A stretch of 64,000 bases of DNA from Pseudomonadota bacterium (GCA_043825875.1 JBDRRF010000018.1:23761-87760), one strand, 5' to 3'; positions 10,018-19,279 are shown, counted from the stretch's first letter. A program made the numbers and translations. The notes: a model not told the origin generated them from the letters alone.

Positions 10018-10188
10018 GCCGAACAAGTTGTTGAGCATTTCTGTATATCTTCATATTTAGAGAGATATCCGGAAAGATAAAAATTATTTTAATTTTTCTA
10101 AACCAATCGACAATCGTTTAATTTAATTTGAAATTACATATAATTTATTGGCTAAAATTTCTATAGTATATTTTTATGTGGGATCGTC
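10018..10188 (-). promoter_or_regulatory. Promoter + attI-like module, copy X
   Basis: Minus strand ends ..CAACAACTTGTTCGGC at the cassette start with no attC hairpin upstream; homologous to 10865-11034 and 1-165. Confidence 0.65.
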
Positions 10189-10295
10189 TTATATTTCAGA
10201 ATCTGTTAGCCCTGCTTCTTTAAATCCTTTTTTCTTAAACAGCAGCTATCGCAAAGGCCGCATGTGCTGCCATCAGGATCTGGATCGTAACAGCT
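10189..10295 (-). pseudogene. queC: Diverged duplicate of the queC 3' end
   Basis: SCYDPDPDGSTCGLCDSCCLRK / GFKEAGLTDSEI* versus Que[36 protein letters not shown]; 1-nt deletion in the A-run. Confidence 0.9.
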
Positions 10296-10305
10296 GTTCC
10301 GGCAG

Positions 10306-10378
10306 GTGTAACACTCAATTAACCGGAGGGCCTGAAACGCCGCGGTAGCGTTAAAGGCCGGTCAGCTTTAAGTTACAG
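10306..10378 (-). repeat. attC-like site 3 (73 bp)
   Basis: Minus strand: CTGTAAC TTAAAGCTGACCGGCC..AACGC..GCGTT..GGCC.CCGGTTAATTGAGT GTTACAC, directly after the DUF2283 stop. Confidence 0.65.
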
Positions 10379-10379
10379 G

Positions 10380-10607
10380 CTAAGCAATTTTCTTTTTTAG
10401 AATATCTTTGTCCAAATCAAGGGTGTAAGATAAGATCGTATCGATATTCATTTTCTTGGATGCCTTAAGGATTTCAATACCTGTAAATTTTCCATCAGTT
10501 GTAGTATCAACATTTATACCCTCTGCGATTTCAATAACACCATCTGGTTTTTGATCACCAAGGCTAAGATATAAAGCATCTACTTCTTCATCATAATGTA
10601 CTTTCAT
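10380..10607 (-). CDS. DUF2283 family putative antitoxin
   Basis: MKVHYDEEVDALYL and G...GIEIL.AS signature. Confidence 0.9.
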   Translation of the reverse strand: MKVHYDEEVDALYLSLGDQKPDGVIEIAEGINVDTTTDGKFTGIEILKASKKMNIDTILSYTLDLDKDILKKKIA

Positions 10608-10831
10608 TATTTCCTTCCTTTCTTCAAAGGATAATTCGTAACCACGGTTATAATGTTTCCCTCAACAATTACGACAATCTTTATGGGATATTTAAATCCG
10701 GGAACATCTTTGATTAATTCATGTTCACCATCATGCAATTCCAATCCAATTAATATTTCCTCAATGGTTGATTCCGGTATATTATAAAGTTTTGATCTTC
10801 GTTTTGCATGTCGTGAGTAGTGAATTATCAT
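10607..10831 (-). CDS. DUF4258-like putative toxin (RelE-like fold)
   Basis: YSRHAKRR and VVTNYP; TAATG coupling to DUF2283. Confidence 0.75.
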   Translation of the reverse strand: MIIHYSRHAKRRSKLYNIPESTIEEILIGLELHDGEHELIKDVPGFKYPIKIVVIVEGNIITVVTNYPLKKGRK

Positions 10832-10864
10832 TTTATATTGCCCCCTACATCAATTTTCTCACAT

Positions 10865-11034
10865 ACCAGACAAGTTAATTGTATAGTTCTGTATATCTTC
10901 ACAGTTATAGTATTATCAGGAAAGACAAAAACTATTTACATTCTTATAATCAATCAGCAATGATCTGTTATTATATGAAAATATATATAATTTATTGGCA
11001 GATATTTCAATAATATATTTTATGTGGAAACGCT
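10865..11034 (-). promoter_or_regulatory. Promoter + attI-like module, copy Y (after intact queC)
   Basis: Minus strand TTGAAA-N17-TATATA; ends AATTAACTTGTCTGG (GTC variant); homologous to copies X and W. Confidence 0.6.
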
Positions 11035-11715
11035 TTATATTGCAGGATCTGTTAACCCTGCTTCTTCAAACCCTTTTTTCCTTAAAAAGCAGCTATCGCA
11101 AAGACCGCATGCGCTGCCGTCGGGGCCGGGATCATAGCAGCTATGGGTTAGTGAATAATCAACTCCGAGTTCTATTCCTTTCTTGATAATCTGGGCTTTT
11201 GTCATTTTAATTAAGGGAGTATTAATTTTGAGGCGATTTTGACCTTCTACCCCGGCTTTTGTTGCAAGGTTTGCCATGCGTTCGAATGCTTTGATAAATT
11301 CGGGCCTGCAATCGGGATAGCCGCTGTAATCAATAGCATTAACACCTATAAATATATCAACAGATTTCATTACTTCGGCCCAGGCAAGTGCATGAGATAG
11401 GAAAATGGTGTTTCTTGCAGGAACATATGTAACAGGTATTCCTTTGCTTATTGAATTAAGCGATCTTGATTTAGGGACTTTAATATCAGCTGTTAAAGCT
11501 GATCCACCGATTTTATCAAGATCAATATTTATTATAATATGCTTCTTTGCTTTAAATACTTCTGCTATCTTTTTTGCCGCATTGAGTTCATGAAAATGGC
11601 GTTGACCGTAAAAAAAACTCATGCCAAAAAGATCAAACCCTTCATGTTTTGCAATAGCCATTACGGTTGTGGAATCAAGGCCTCCGCTTAAAAGTACTAT
11701 GGCTTTTTTTCGCAT
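11035..11715 (-). CDS. queC: 7-cyano-7-deazaguanine synthase
   Basis: SGGLDS, TYVPARN, YPDCR, SCY..CG.CDSC. Confidence 0.97.
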   Translation of the reverse strand: MRKKAIVLLSGGLDSTTVMAIAKHEGFDLFGMSFFYGQRHFHELNAAKKIAEVFKAKKHIIINIDLDKIGGSALTADIKVPKSRSLNSISKGIPVTYVPARNTIFLSHALAWAEVMKSVDIFIGVNAIDYSGYPDCRPEFIKAFERMANLATKAGVEGQNRLKINTPLIKMTKAQIIKKGIELGVDYSLTHSCYDPGPDGSACGLCDSCFLRKKGFEEAGLTDPAI

Positions 11716-11734
11716 TTTATTTCCCTTAAGTTAC

Positions 11735-12379
11735 TTATACGCCTCTTAATATATCTGGCCAGATTATTTTATGTAATTGAATTTGGAGCCGAACACTTAA
11801 TTTATCTTTTAGTATCCATTTCGCCAAATCCGATAATTCTATTGTATTATAGATAGGAGAAAAAAGAATATTTCCCCGGGGAAAGATTTCAGGTATTTGT
11901 TTTACGATTTTTTTTGCAAAATCATAATCATTTCTATTTCCCATTATAAATTTGACCTGGTCTTTTTTGCCAAGCTTATTTAAATTATCAAGATCGTTTT
12001 TTGAAGACATTTCGCTTGACGGGCATTTTATATCAACAATTTTAATGCATCGTTTATCGATACTGCTTATATCAATACTTCCGTTTGTTTCAAGCAAAAC
12101 AGTATAATTGTCATCTAAAAGTTTTTCTATTAATACCGGGGCTTCTTCCTGTAATAAAGGTTCTCCACCGGTAATTTCAACCAAAGAGCAGCCAAAACCT
12201 GAAATTTTTGTTATAAGGTTATCTATTTCTATTTCAGTACCTTCATCATATGCATATTGTGTGTCACAGTAATTGCATCTTAAGTTGCAGCCGGTAAGCC
12301 TTATAAAAGTGCAAGGTAACCCGCTGTATAAAGATTCACCCTGTATGCTGTAAAAAATTTCATTAACTAATAATGTCAT
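11735..12379 (-). CDS. queE: 7-carboxy-7-deazaguanine synthase (radical SAM)
   Basis: EIFYSIQGE, CNLRCNYCDT, TGGEP, QLHK. Confidence 0.95.
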   Translation of the reverse strand: MTLLVNEIFYSIQGESLYSGLPCTFIRLTGCNLRCNYCDTQYAYDEGTEIEIDNLITKISGFGCSLVEITGGEPLLQEEAPVLIEKLLDDNYTVLLETNGSIDISSIDKRCIKIVDIKCPSSEMSSKNDLDNLNKLGKKDQVKFIMGNRNDYDFAKKIVKQIPEIFPRGNILFSPIYNTIELSDLAKWILKDKLSVRLQIQLHKIIWPDILRGV

Positions 12380-12601
12380 ATCCCTAAGCCTAATTGCATA
12401 AATTTCTTATAACTGTTCATAAAGACATTGTTTATTTACATCAATATTATAATAAATAGCAAACCATAATGGCCGTTTCTATTGTAATTAAAAAACTGCT
12501 TGACATGCATGATTCGAAAATATAAAAATATAGGTAAGTTTTAGTCAATTTTGACAAAGACTTATCAAAAACATTTATTAAGGACAAAATACTAAGGAAA
12601 T

Positions 12602-12679
12602 ATGATGAATACAATAACAGGCAGATTTTACGGTTTCTATTATTATTATTTTAGCACCGGTCTGCCTGCGCTGCGTTGA
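12602..12679 (+). CDS. Phe/Tyr-rich attenuator leader peptide MMNTITGRFYGFYYYYFSTGLPALR
   Basis: 25 aa; AAGGA RBS; 8 of 9 consecutive codons are Phe/Tyr; lies upstream of the aro/phe/tyr operon. Confidence 0.85.
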   Translation: MMNTITGRFYGFYYYYFSTGLPALR

Positions 12680-12700
12680 GGTAACTACATACTAAACGCA

Positions 12701-12739
12701 AAAAGCCATGGGCGGATTCCCGGAACCCACGGCTTTTTT
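12701..12739 (+). terminator. Attenuator terminator 1
   Basis: AAAAGCCATGGG...CCCACGGCTTTTTT. Confidence 0.8.
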
Positions 12740-12747
12740 AGTTTTAT

Positions 12748-12781
12748 AGGCCGTGGAGAAGGTAATCTTCACGGCCTTTTT
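12748..12781 (+). terminator. Attenuator terminator 2
   Basis: AGGCCGTGGAGA...TCTTCACGGCCTTTTT. Confidence 0.8.
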
Positions 12782-12790
12782 GCATTATTA

Positions 12791-12910
12791 TACCAAGTTT
12801 CATTCAAAAAGATAGCAAGGCGGCAAGGAGGTTTTCCCGCAGGCGTATATGTAACGCTAAGGACAGAACCTTTGATGCAAACGCAGCTATAATTTGAATG
12901 CGGCTTGGTA
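12791..12910 (+). mobile_element. MITE family B (TA-flanked) with a core related to family A
   Basis: TA-CCAAGTTTCATTCAAA ... TTTGAATGCGGCTTGG-TA; internal CAAGGCGG..CAGG..AGGA..AACGC as in family A. Confidence 0.65.
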
Positions 12911-12928
12911 TTACGGGAGGAGTTTAAA

Positions 12929-13726
12929 ATGACAATTATAGGAAAGCAAGTCAGGATGGAGCGCATTATGAACCGCAATACCGGTAAAACCGTTATTGTT
13001 CCGATGGATCACGGCATTTCCGTAGGACCTATCGAAGGTCTTCAGGATATGAAAAGCGCTGTGCATATGGTTTCAGACGGCGGGGCAAATGCAATCGTAG
13101 AACATAAAGGTCTTGTGGGAGCAGGACACAGAAGGGGTGGAAGAGATATAGGGCTCATTATTCATCTTTCCGCCTCAACAAGCCTTTCTCCAAATCCGAA
13201 TGCAAAAACTCTTGTTTGTTCGGTTGAAGAAGCAATCAAACTTGGTGCTGATGCTGTTTCAATACATGTTAATATCGGCAATGGTTCGGAAAAAGATATG
13301 CTAAGAGATTTTGGAATGGTTGCCTATGAAGCAAAAACCTGGGGCATGCCGCTTCTTGCAATGATCTATCCAAGAGGAGAAAAAATTAAAGATGAGTATG
13401 ATGTAAATTATATTAAGCATGCCGCCCGTGTTGGTGATGAAATAGGCGCAGATATAGTTAAAGTATCCTATACCGGTTCGGCTGAGTCATTCAAAGAGGT
13501 TGTAGACGGATGTTCGATTCCTGTTGTGATTGCAGGCGGAGCAAAAATGAATTCGGACAGGGAAATCCTGGAAATGGTAAAGGGTTCAATAGAAGCAGGA
13601 GGCGCAGGCGCTTCAATCGGGCGAAATGTGTTTCAGCATAAAAATCCTGCAAAAATGGTTCAGGCTATATCATCAATTGTGCATAATAATGCAAGTGTTG
13701 AGGATGCGCTTAAAATTGTTGAATAA
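12929..13726 (+). CDS. aroA': 2-amino-3,7-dideoxy-D-threo-hept-6-ulosonate synthase (class I aldolase)
   Basis: PMDHG, YPRG, GADIVK, AGG, GRNVFQ; adjacent to DHQ synthase II. Confidence 0.88.
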   Translation: MTIIGKQVRMERIMNRNTGKTVIVPMDHGISVGPIEGLQDMKSAVHMVSDGGANAIVEHKGLVGAGHRRGGRDIGLIIHLSASTSLSPNPNAKTLVCSVEEAIKLGADAVSIHVNIGNGSEKDMLRDFGMVAYEAKTWGMPLLAMIYPRGEKIKDEYDVNYIKHAARVGDEIGADIVKVSYTGSAESFKEVVDGCSIPVVIAGGAKMNSDREILEMVKGSIEAGGAGASIGRNVFQHKNPAKMVQAISSIVHNNASVEDALKIVE

Positions 13727-13755
13727 TTTTTCATAATTATATAAAGGATTGAAAG

Positions 13756-14748
13756 ATGCAAAAAATTTGGGTAAAGGTCGATCCTTGGAATAAAGATTTA
13801 ATTACAACCGCACTTGAGGGCGGTGCCGATGGAGTTCTGGTTCCTAAAGGGTATTCGGAAAAAGTAAAAGAACTTGGTAAAATTCAGACAATTTCTGAAG
13901 ATGGGGATTTAAAGATAGGAAAAGATGTTATCTTTTGTACTATAAAAAGCGGTGCGGACGAAGATGAAATAGCCAAACTGAGTCTTAAAAAGAAAGTAAT
14001 CCTTGAATGCACTGACTGGACTGTAATTCCTCTTGAAAATCTTATAGCAAAAGGAGCCGATATAATCGCTCAGGTTCAAAACTATCAGGAAGCCTCTACA
14101 GTATGCGGTATTCTTGAAAAGGGTGTAAAACATATACTTTTCAATTCTTCCGATATGGCAGAATTAAAAAAAACATTGACTATGATAAATGCCGTAACGG
14201 ATAATGTACCTCTTGAGCATGCTGAAATTATTGAAGTAATACCTGCCGGAATGGGGGACAGAGTATGTGTTGATACCTGTACTTCGATGACTCCCGGACA
14301 GGGCATGCTGGTTGGAAACAGCAGTAGTGCTCTTTTTCTTGTTCATGCTGAAACGGTAGAAAACCCTTATGTGTCTCCGAGACCTTTCAGGGTTAATGCC
14401 GGAGCTGTTCACGCCTATACGAGAGTGCCGGGCGGAAAAACCAGATATCTGTCCGAACTTAGCTCCGGAGATCAAATTTATATAGCAGATTATAAAGGCA
14501 ATTTGACTGCTGCAATAGTCGGAAGACTCAAAATTGAAAAGCGCCCTCTTATGATAATTAAGGCATTGGCAGCTGGCAAAAAAATTACGACTATTTTACA
14601 AAATGCTGAAACTATAAGATTAACCAGTCCTGATGGGAAACCAATATCTGTTGTGAGTCTTAAAAAAGGAGATAAAGTTCTGGTGGCGATAGAAGAAAGC
14701 GGGAGGCATTTCGGTTATAAAATAGATGAATCAATAATAGAACAATAA
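13756..14748 (+). CDS. aroB': 3-dehydroquinate synthase II
   Basis: WTVIPLEN, GDRVCVDT, RPFRVNAG, LQNAETI, GRHFG. Confidence 0.95.
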   Translation: MQKIWVKVDPWNKDLITTALEGGADGVLVPKGYSEKVKELGKIQTISEDGDLKIGKDVIFCTIKSGADEDEIAKLSLKKKVILECTDWTVIPLENLIAKGADIIAQVQNYQEASTVCGILEKGVKHILFNSSDMAELKKTLTMINAVTDNVPLEHAEIIEVIPAGMGDRVCVDTCTSMTPGQGMLVGNSSSALFLVHAETVENPYVSPRPFRVNAGAVHAYTRVPGGKTRYLSELSSGDQIYIADYKGNLTAAIVGRLKIEKRPLMIIKALAAGKKITTILQNAETIRLTSPDGKPISVVSLKKGDKVLVAIEESGRHFGYKIDESIIEQ

Positions 14749-14780
14749 TAATTTATTAAGCGGGTTTAACAAATAATATT

Positions 14781-15914
14781 ATGGGAAATATAAATAAAAA
14801 AAGTACTACGGCTGATACTGTGTCTGAAAATGTACCTAATAATGTTATAGATGACTTAAGAAACAGTATTGATAAAATTGATGGCAAAATTTTAGGCCTG
14901 ATAAATGAAAGACTTCTTCTTGCAAAGGAAATAGGCAAGATGAAGGCAAAAAAAGGGAAAAAAGTTTTAGATATAGCACGTGAAAAAGCTGTTATTGAAA
15001 AACTAAAGACCCTAAACAAAGGCCTTCTTGGTGAACAAGCTCTTAATCATATATTTTCTGAAATAATTGCAGCTTCGCGGGCAATCCAAAATCATCATTC
15101 TGTTGCTTATCTTGGCCCGGAGGCTACTTTTTCCCATATTGCAACAATGAGCTATTTTGGGCGCTCTGTTAATTATATGCCACAGACCACAATTGGCGAT
15201 ATATTCAGAGAAGTAGAAAAAGGGTCATGTCTTTACGGAGTGGTTCCGGTTGAAAATTCTATAGAAGGTTCGGTCAATTATACCCTCGATCTTTTTTTTG
15301 AATCGGATTTGAAAATATGTTCAGAATTGTACCACCCAATATCGCATGATCTTTTGTCAACGGTTGATTCCATAAGTAAAATCAAAGTAGTCTACTCTCA
15401 TCGCCAGGTATTTCCCCAGTGCAGGAACTGGATTCAGAAAAATCTTCCGGAAGCTGAACTTATAGAATGTGACAGCACTGCCAATGCCGCCCGCAGAGCT
15501 TGTGATGATCCTGAATCGGCCGCAATTGCAAGCAGTATGGCTGCACATATCTATAAGCTTCATGTAATTGCATCTAAGATTGAAGATGTTTCAAGAAATA
15601 CTACACGATTTCTTGTTATAGGAAAAGATGAGACAAGAAGAACCGGGGTTGACAAAACTTCTATTATGTTTGTGACACCTAATGTTTCGGGAGCTTTGTA
15701 CAAAATATTAAAACCTATAGCAGAATCAGAGATAAATATGGTAAAGCTTGAGTCAAGGCCGACAAAGCATGAAAACTGGAGCTATTTTTTCTTTGTTGAT
15801 ATCGAAGGACATATTAATGATCCTGTTGTTTCTTCTACGATTAAGAAAATGAACAAGATTTGCCTTTACCTAAAATGCCTTGGGTCATATCCTATGGCAA
15901 AAAATACCATATAG
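14781..15914 (+). CDS. pheA: Chorismate mutase / prephenate dehydratase
   Basis: CM domain, LGPEATFS, PVENSIEG, NTTRF, ESRP ACT domain. Confidence 0.95.
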   Translation: MGNINKKSTTADTVSENVPNNVIDDLRNSIDKIDGKILGLINERLLLAKEIGKMKAKKGKKVLDIAREKAVIEKLKTLNKGLLGEQALNHIFSEIIAASRAIQNHHSVAYLGPEATFSHIATMSYFGRSVNYMPQTTIGDIFREVEKGSCLYGVVPVENSIEGSVNYTLDLFFESDLKICSELYHPISHDLLSTVDSISKIKVVYSHRQVFPQCRNWIQKNLPEAELIECDSTANAARRACDDPESAAIASSMAAHIYKLHVIASKIEDVSRNTTRFLVIGKDETRRTGVDKTSIMFVTPNVSGALYKILKPIAESEINMVKLESRPTKHENWSYFFFVDIEGHINDPVVSSTIKKMNKICLYLKCLGSYPMAKNTI

Positions 15915-15943
15915 TGAATTGAGTGATAATGATAATTGAATGA

Positions 15944-16034
15944 AGGATTCAAGGGTTCCAGGGGCCGAGGATTCAAGTGAAACCTCATATACATCTAAGG
16001 TTTGACCCCTCGAATCCTTGACCCCTGGAACCCT
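15944..16034. repeat. Inverted arrays of degenerate octamers forming a long hairpin
   Basis: AGGATTCA AGGGTTCC AGGGGCCG AGGATTCA ... TGACCCCT CGAATCCT TGACCCCT GGAACCCT. Confidence 0.75.
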
Positions 16035-16115
16035 TTTAGCTAAATATAATATTAAACTAAAATCTTTGCCTGAAGGCGGGGGTTTTTCTTCCATTCGTCG
16101 AATGGGACAATAATC

Positions 16116-17375
16116 ATGATAGAAATACATCCTAAAATTGTTAATAAATGCGACATTGATGTACCGGGTTCAAAGAGCTATACGCACAGACTATTGATTG
16201 CCTCGGCATTATCGGATGGTCGTTGTACATTAAAAAACTGCCTTAAAAGTGAAGATACTATTTTAACTCTTGAAACCTTGCGTCTTATGGGCATAAAGAT
16301 TGAAAATTCAGAACAAGAAGTAATAGTATACGGTTCAAAAGGAATTCTTAAGGCATACGATAAGCCGATTTATCTTGCCAATTCCGGAACATCCATGCGT
16401 CTTTTAACCGGTGTCGCTGCTCTGGGTGATGGCCTGTACACGCTTACGGGAACCAAGCGTATGTCACAGCGCCCGATTCAGGATTTACTGGATGGTTTAA
16501 ACAGCCTGGGAGTAGAAGCTCGTTCGATTGATAATAACGGCTGCCCGCCTGTTGCCATAAAAGGCGGAAAAATAAAAGGCGGATATGTTGAGCTTAAATG
16601 TAATATCAGCAGCCAGTTTCTATCGTCAGTTCTTTTAATTTCTCCTTATACTCAAGACGGTATAAAAATAAAGGTTGTAGAAGGGCCTGTATCAAAGCCC
16701 TATATAGACATGACAATTGATATCATGGCAAAACTGGGAGTAAATATTAAACGAAATGGCTATAACGAGTTTACCATAGCCGGGCAACAAAATTACAGGG
16801 CCGGTTCTTTTTACGTTGAACCTGATTGTTCGCAGGCAGGATATTTCTGGGCAGCTGCTGCAATTACAGGTTCTGAAATAAAAGTTAAAGGCATTACAAA
16901 AGAATCCCGTCAGGGAGATCTGAAACTTACAGGGCTTCTTGAGCAAATGGGATGTAAAGTATATTTTGAAAGCGATGGAATTACAGTTAAGGGCGGATCG
17001 CTTATCGGGATTGAAACGGATATGGCAGATATGCCGGATATGGTTCCAACTCTTGCAGTAGTTGCAGCTTTTGCAGATGGTACTACGGTTATAAAAAATG
17101 TCGAACATTTAAAAGCAAAAGAGAGCGATCGGTTAGCGGCTGTTATCAACGAACTTACAAAAACAGGAATTGAGGCAAAGTCCGTAGGATCTGATCTTGT
17201 GATTAAAGGTGGAATTCCTACAGGAGCTAATATTGAAACTTACAATGACCACAGAATAGCTATGAGTTTTGCAGTTGCAGGGCTTAAAACTCCGGGCATT
17301 TTTATAAAAGACGAAATGTGCGTTGAAAAGTCTTTTCCGAATTTCTGGGAAGTTTTTGATAAGCTTGGAAGATAA
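16116..17375 (+). CDS. aroA: EPSP synthase
   Basis: PGSKS, NSGTSMR, SSQF, KESDR, DHRIAM, KSFP. Confidence 0.97.
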   Translation: MIEIHPKIVNKCDIDVPGSKSYTHRLLIASALSDGRCTLKNCLKSEDTILTLETLRLMGIKIENSEQEVIVYGSKGILKAYDKPIYLANSGTSMRLLTGVAALGDGLYTLTGTKRMSQRPIQDLLDGLNSLGVEARSIDNNGCPPVAIKGGKIKGGYVELKCNISSQFLSSVLLISPYTQDGIKIKVVEGPVSKPYIDMTIDIMAKLGVNIKRNGYNEFTIAGQQNYRAGSFYVEPDCSQAGYFWAAAAITGSEIKVKGITKESRQGDLKLTGLLEQMGCKVYFESDGITVKGGSLIGIETDMADMPDMVPTLAVVAAFADGTTVIKNVEHLKAKESDRLAAVINELTKTGIEAKSVGSDLVIKGGIPTGANIETYNDHRIAMSFAVAGLKTPGIFIKDEMCVEKSFPNFWEVFDKLGR

Positions 17376-17396
17376 ACATAAGGAAGAAATAAAAAA

Positions 17397-18449
17397 ATGT
17401 CCGGAAACTCATTTGGAACATTATTTAAAATAACAACCTGGGGCGAATCGCACGGTATTGGTGTTGGTGTTGTTATTGACGGTTGTCCTGCCCAAATACC
17501 GCTTAATGAACAAATTATCCAGGATATGCTGGACAGAAGAAAGCCGGGCAGCTCTATAGCAAGTACTTCACGAAAAGAACCTGATGAAGCAATCATAATG
17601 TCCGGAGTTTTCAACGGAGTTACAACCGGAACTCCTATTATGATTATGGTTAAAAACAAGGATCAGCATTCAGACGCTTATAAAAAATTTGCGGATATTT
17701 TCAGACCCGGACATGGCGACATTTCCTATCAGGCGAAATACGGAATAAGAGACTGGAGGGGCGGTGGAAGAGCTTCTGCAAGAGAAACAGTTGCAAGGGT
17801 TGCAGCAGGTGCTGTTGCCAAAGCTTTACTTGACAAAGAAAATATTAAAATCTGTGCTTATACGGTTGAGCTTGGCGGTATAAAAGCAGTAGAGCGCAAT
17901 CTTGACTTAATATCCCAAAACATGTTTTTTTGCCCTGACAATGATGCTGCCGGTAAAATGGAAAAAAGAGTTAAGAAAGTAAAAAGCAGTGGAGACTCTC
18001 TTGGCGGCATTGTTGAGATTGTTGCAAAAGGAGTTTCCGCAGGCCTTGGAGAGCCGGTATTTGATAAGCTTGATGCCGATCTTGCAAAAGCATTGATGAG
18101 CATTGGTGCTGTTAAAGGCTTTGAAATCGGAGCTGGTTTTAAAGCTTCATCATTGCTTGGTTCAAAAAATAATGATCCTATAACACCAAAAGGCTTTTCG
18201 ACAAATAATGCCGGCGGTATTCTTGCCGGAATATCCAATGGAGATGATATAATTATGCGGGTTGCCGTAAAACCTATTCCTTCTATTTCCATCGAACAAA
18301 ATACTATAGATCTGAAAAAGAAAAAAAGAACCGTATCTATTTCGGGACGACATGATATTTCAGCCATACCAAGAATAAACGTTGTTTGTGAATCAATGGT
18401 AAGCATTGTTATAGCGGATCATTTATTACGGCAGAAAGCTACCCGATGA
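17397..18449 (+). CDS. aroC: Chorismate synthase
   Basis: GESHG, RPGH.D, GGGRASARET, GRHD. Confidence 0.97.
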   Translation: MSGNSFGTLFKITTWGESHGIGVGVVIDGCPAQIPLNEQIIQDMLDRRKPGSSIASTSRKEPDEAIIMSGVFNGVTTGTPIMIMVKNKDQHSDAYKKFADIFRPGHGDISYQAKYGIRDWRGGGRASARETVARVAAGAVAKALLDKENIKICAYTVELGGIKAVERNLDLISQNMFFCPDNDAAGKMEKRVKKVKSSGDSLGGIVEIVAKGVSAGLGEPVFDKLDADLAKALMSIGAVKGFEIGAGFKASSLLGSKNNDPITPKGFSTNNAGGILAGISNGDDIIMRVAVKPIPSISIEQNTIDLKKKKRTVSISGRHDISAIPRINVVCESMVSIVIADHLLRQKATR

Positions 18450-19279
18450 ATAAAACACTATCTATCGGTATAATAGGCGGAACAGGCGGCATGGGCAGAT
18501 GGTTTGAAAAATTTTATTCCGCTGCCGGCCACAGGGTATTGATTTCAGGAAGAACCACCGATATCACATATACTGATGTTGCTAAAGAATGCGATGTGGT
18601 TATTTTAAGCGTTCCTCTTGATGCTGCTGTTTCAATTTCAAAAGATATCGGCCCTCTTTTGAGCGATGATCAGCTTTTTATGGATATGTGCTCTTTGAAA
18701 GAAGAAATAGTAAAGAGCATGACGGAAAATACCAAAGCTGATGTACTTGGAACGCATCCTTTGTTCGGGCCTTTTACGGATTCCATAAAAGGGCAGAATA
18801 TAATATTATGCCCTGGCAGAGGAGAGCGTTGGCTTAAATGGATAGGAAATGAATATGCTTCAAGAGGCGCAATTTTATGCGTGATGGGCCCTTTAACTCA
18901 TGACCGGCATATGGCTGTTGTGCAGGGTCTTACTCATTTTACTACCATTTGCATGGCCAGAACATTACAAAAGATGGATATGAATTCAGACAACGTACTT
19001 TCATGTTCCACTCCGGTATTTAAGATAAACTATAATCTGATAGGCCGTCTTTTCGCTCAGGATCTTGATCTTTATAAAAATCTTATAAGCAAGAATAAAC
19101 ACTTTAAAGAAGTCCTGGAAGTTTTTATATCTGCAATGGACGAAAGCAATGATGCCCTTTTATCCGGCCAGGATGAAAGGGCAATTTTGTTTATGGAAAC
19201 CATCCGAGAATTTTTTAAAGATACATGCAAAGACGCACTTAAAGAAAGCAATAAAATAATAAATACTCTTTATTCCTGA
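18446..19279 (+). CDS. tyrA: Prephenate/arogenate dehydrogenase
   Basis: IIGGTGGMG, HPLFGP, HD..MA.VQ. Confidence 0.9.
   Translation: MNKTLSIGIIGGTGGMGRWFEKFYSAAGHRVLISGRTTDITYTDVAKECDVVILSVPLDAAVSISKDIGPLLSDDQLFMDMCSLKEEIVKSMTENTKADVLGTHPLFGPFTDSIKGQNIILCPGRGERWLKWIGNEYASRGAILCVMGPLTHDRHMAVVQGLTHFTTICMARTLQKMDMNSDNVLSCSTPVFKINYNLIGRLFAQDLDLYKNLISKNKHFKEVLEVFISAMDESNDALLSGQDERAILFMETIREFFKDTCKDALKESNKIINTLYS

Noticed and set aside
10148..10348. Paralogous plus-strand ORFs 10148-10348 and 10995-11186
   Set aside because: They are antisense shadows of the duplicated queC tail and attI-like region.
11035..12379. queCE as part of a Dpd 7-deazaguanine DNA modification island
   Set aside because: No dpdA/tgt paralogue or other dpd genes in the window; consistent with ordinary queuosine synthesis.
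17240..18406. Long antisense ORFs (e.g. 17858-18406, 52448-52909, 6248-6685)
   Set aside because: They lie opposite well-supported conserved genes and have no recognisable motifs.
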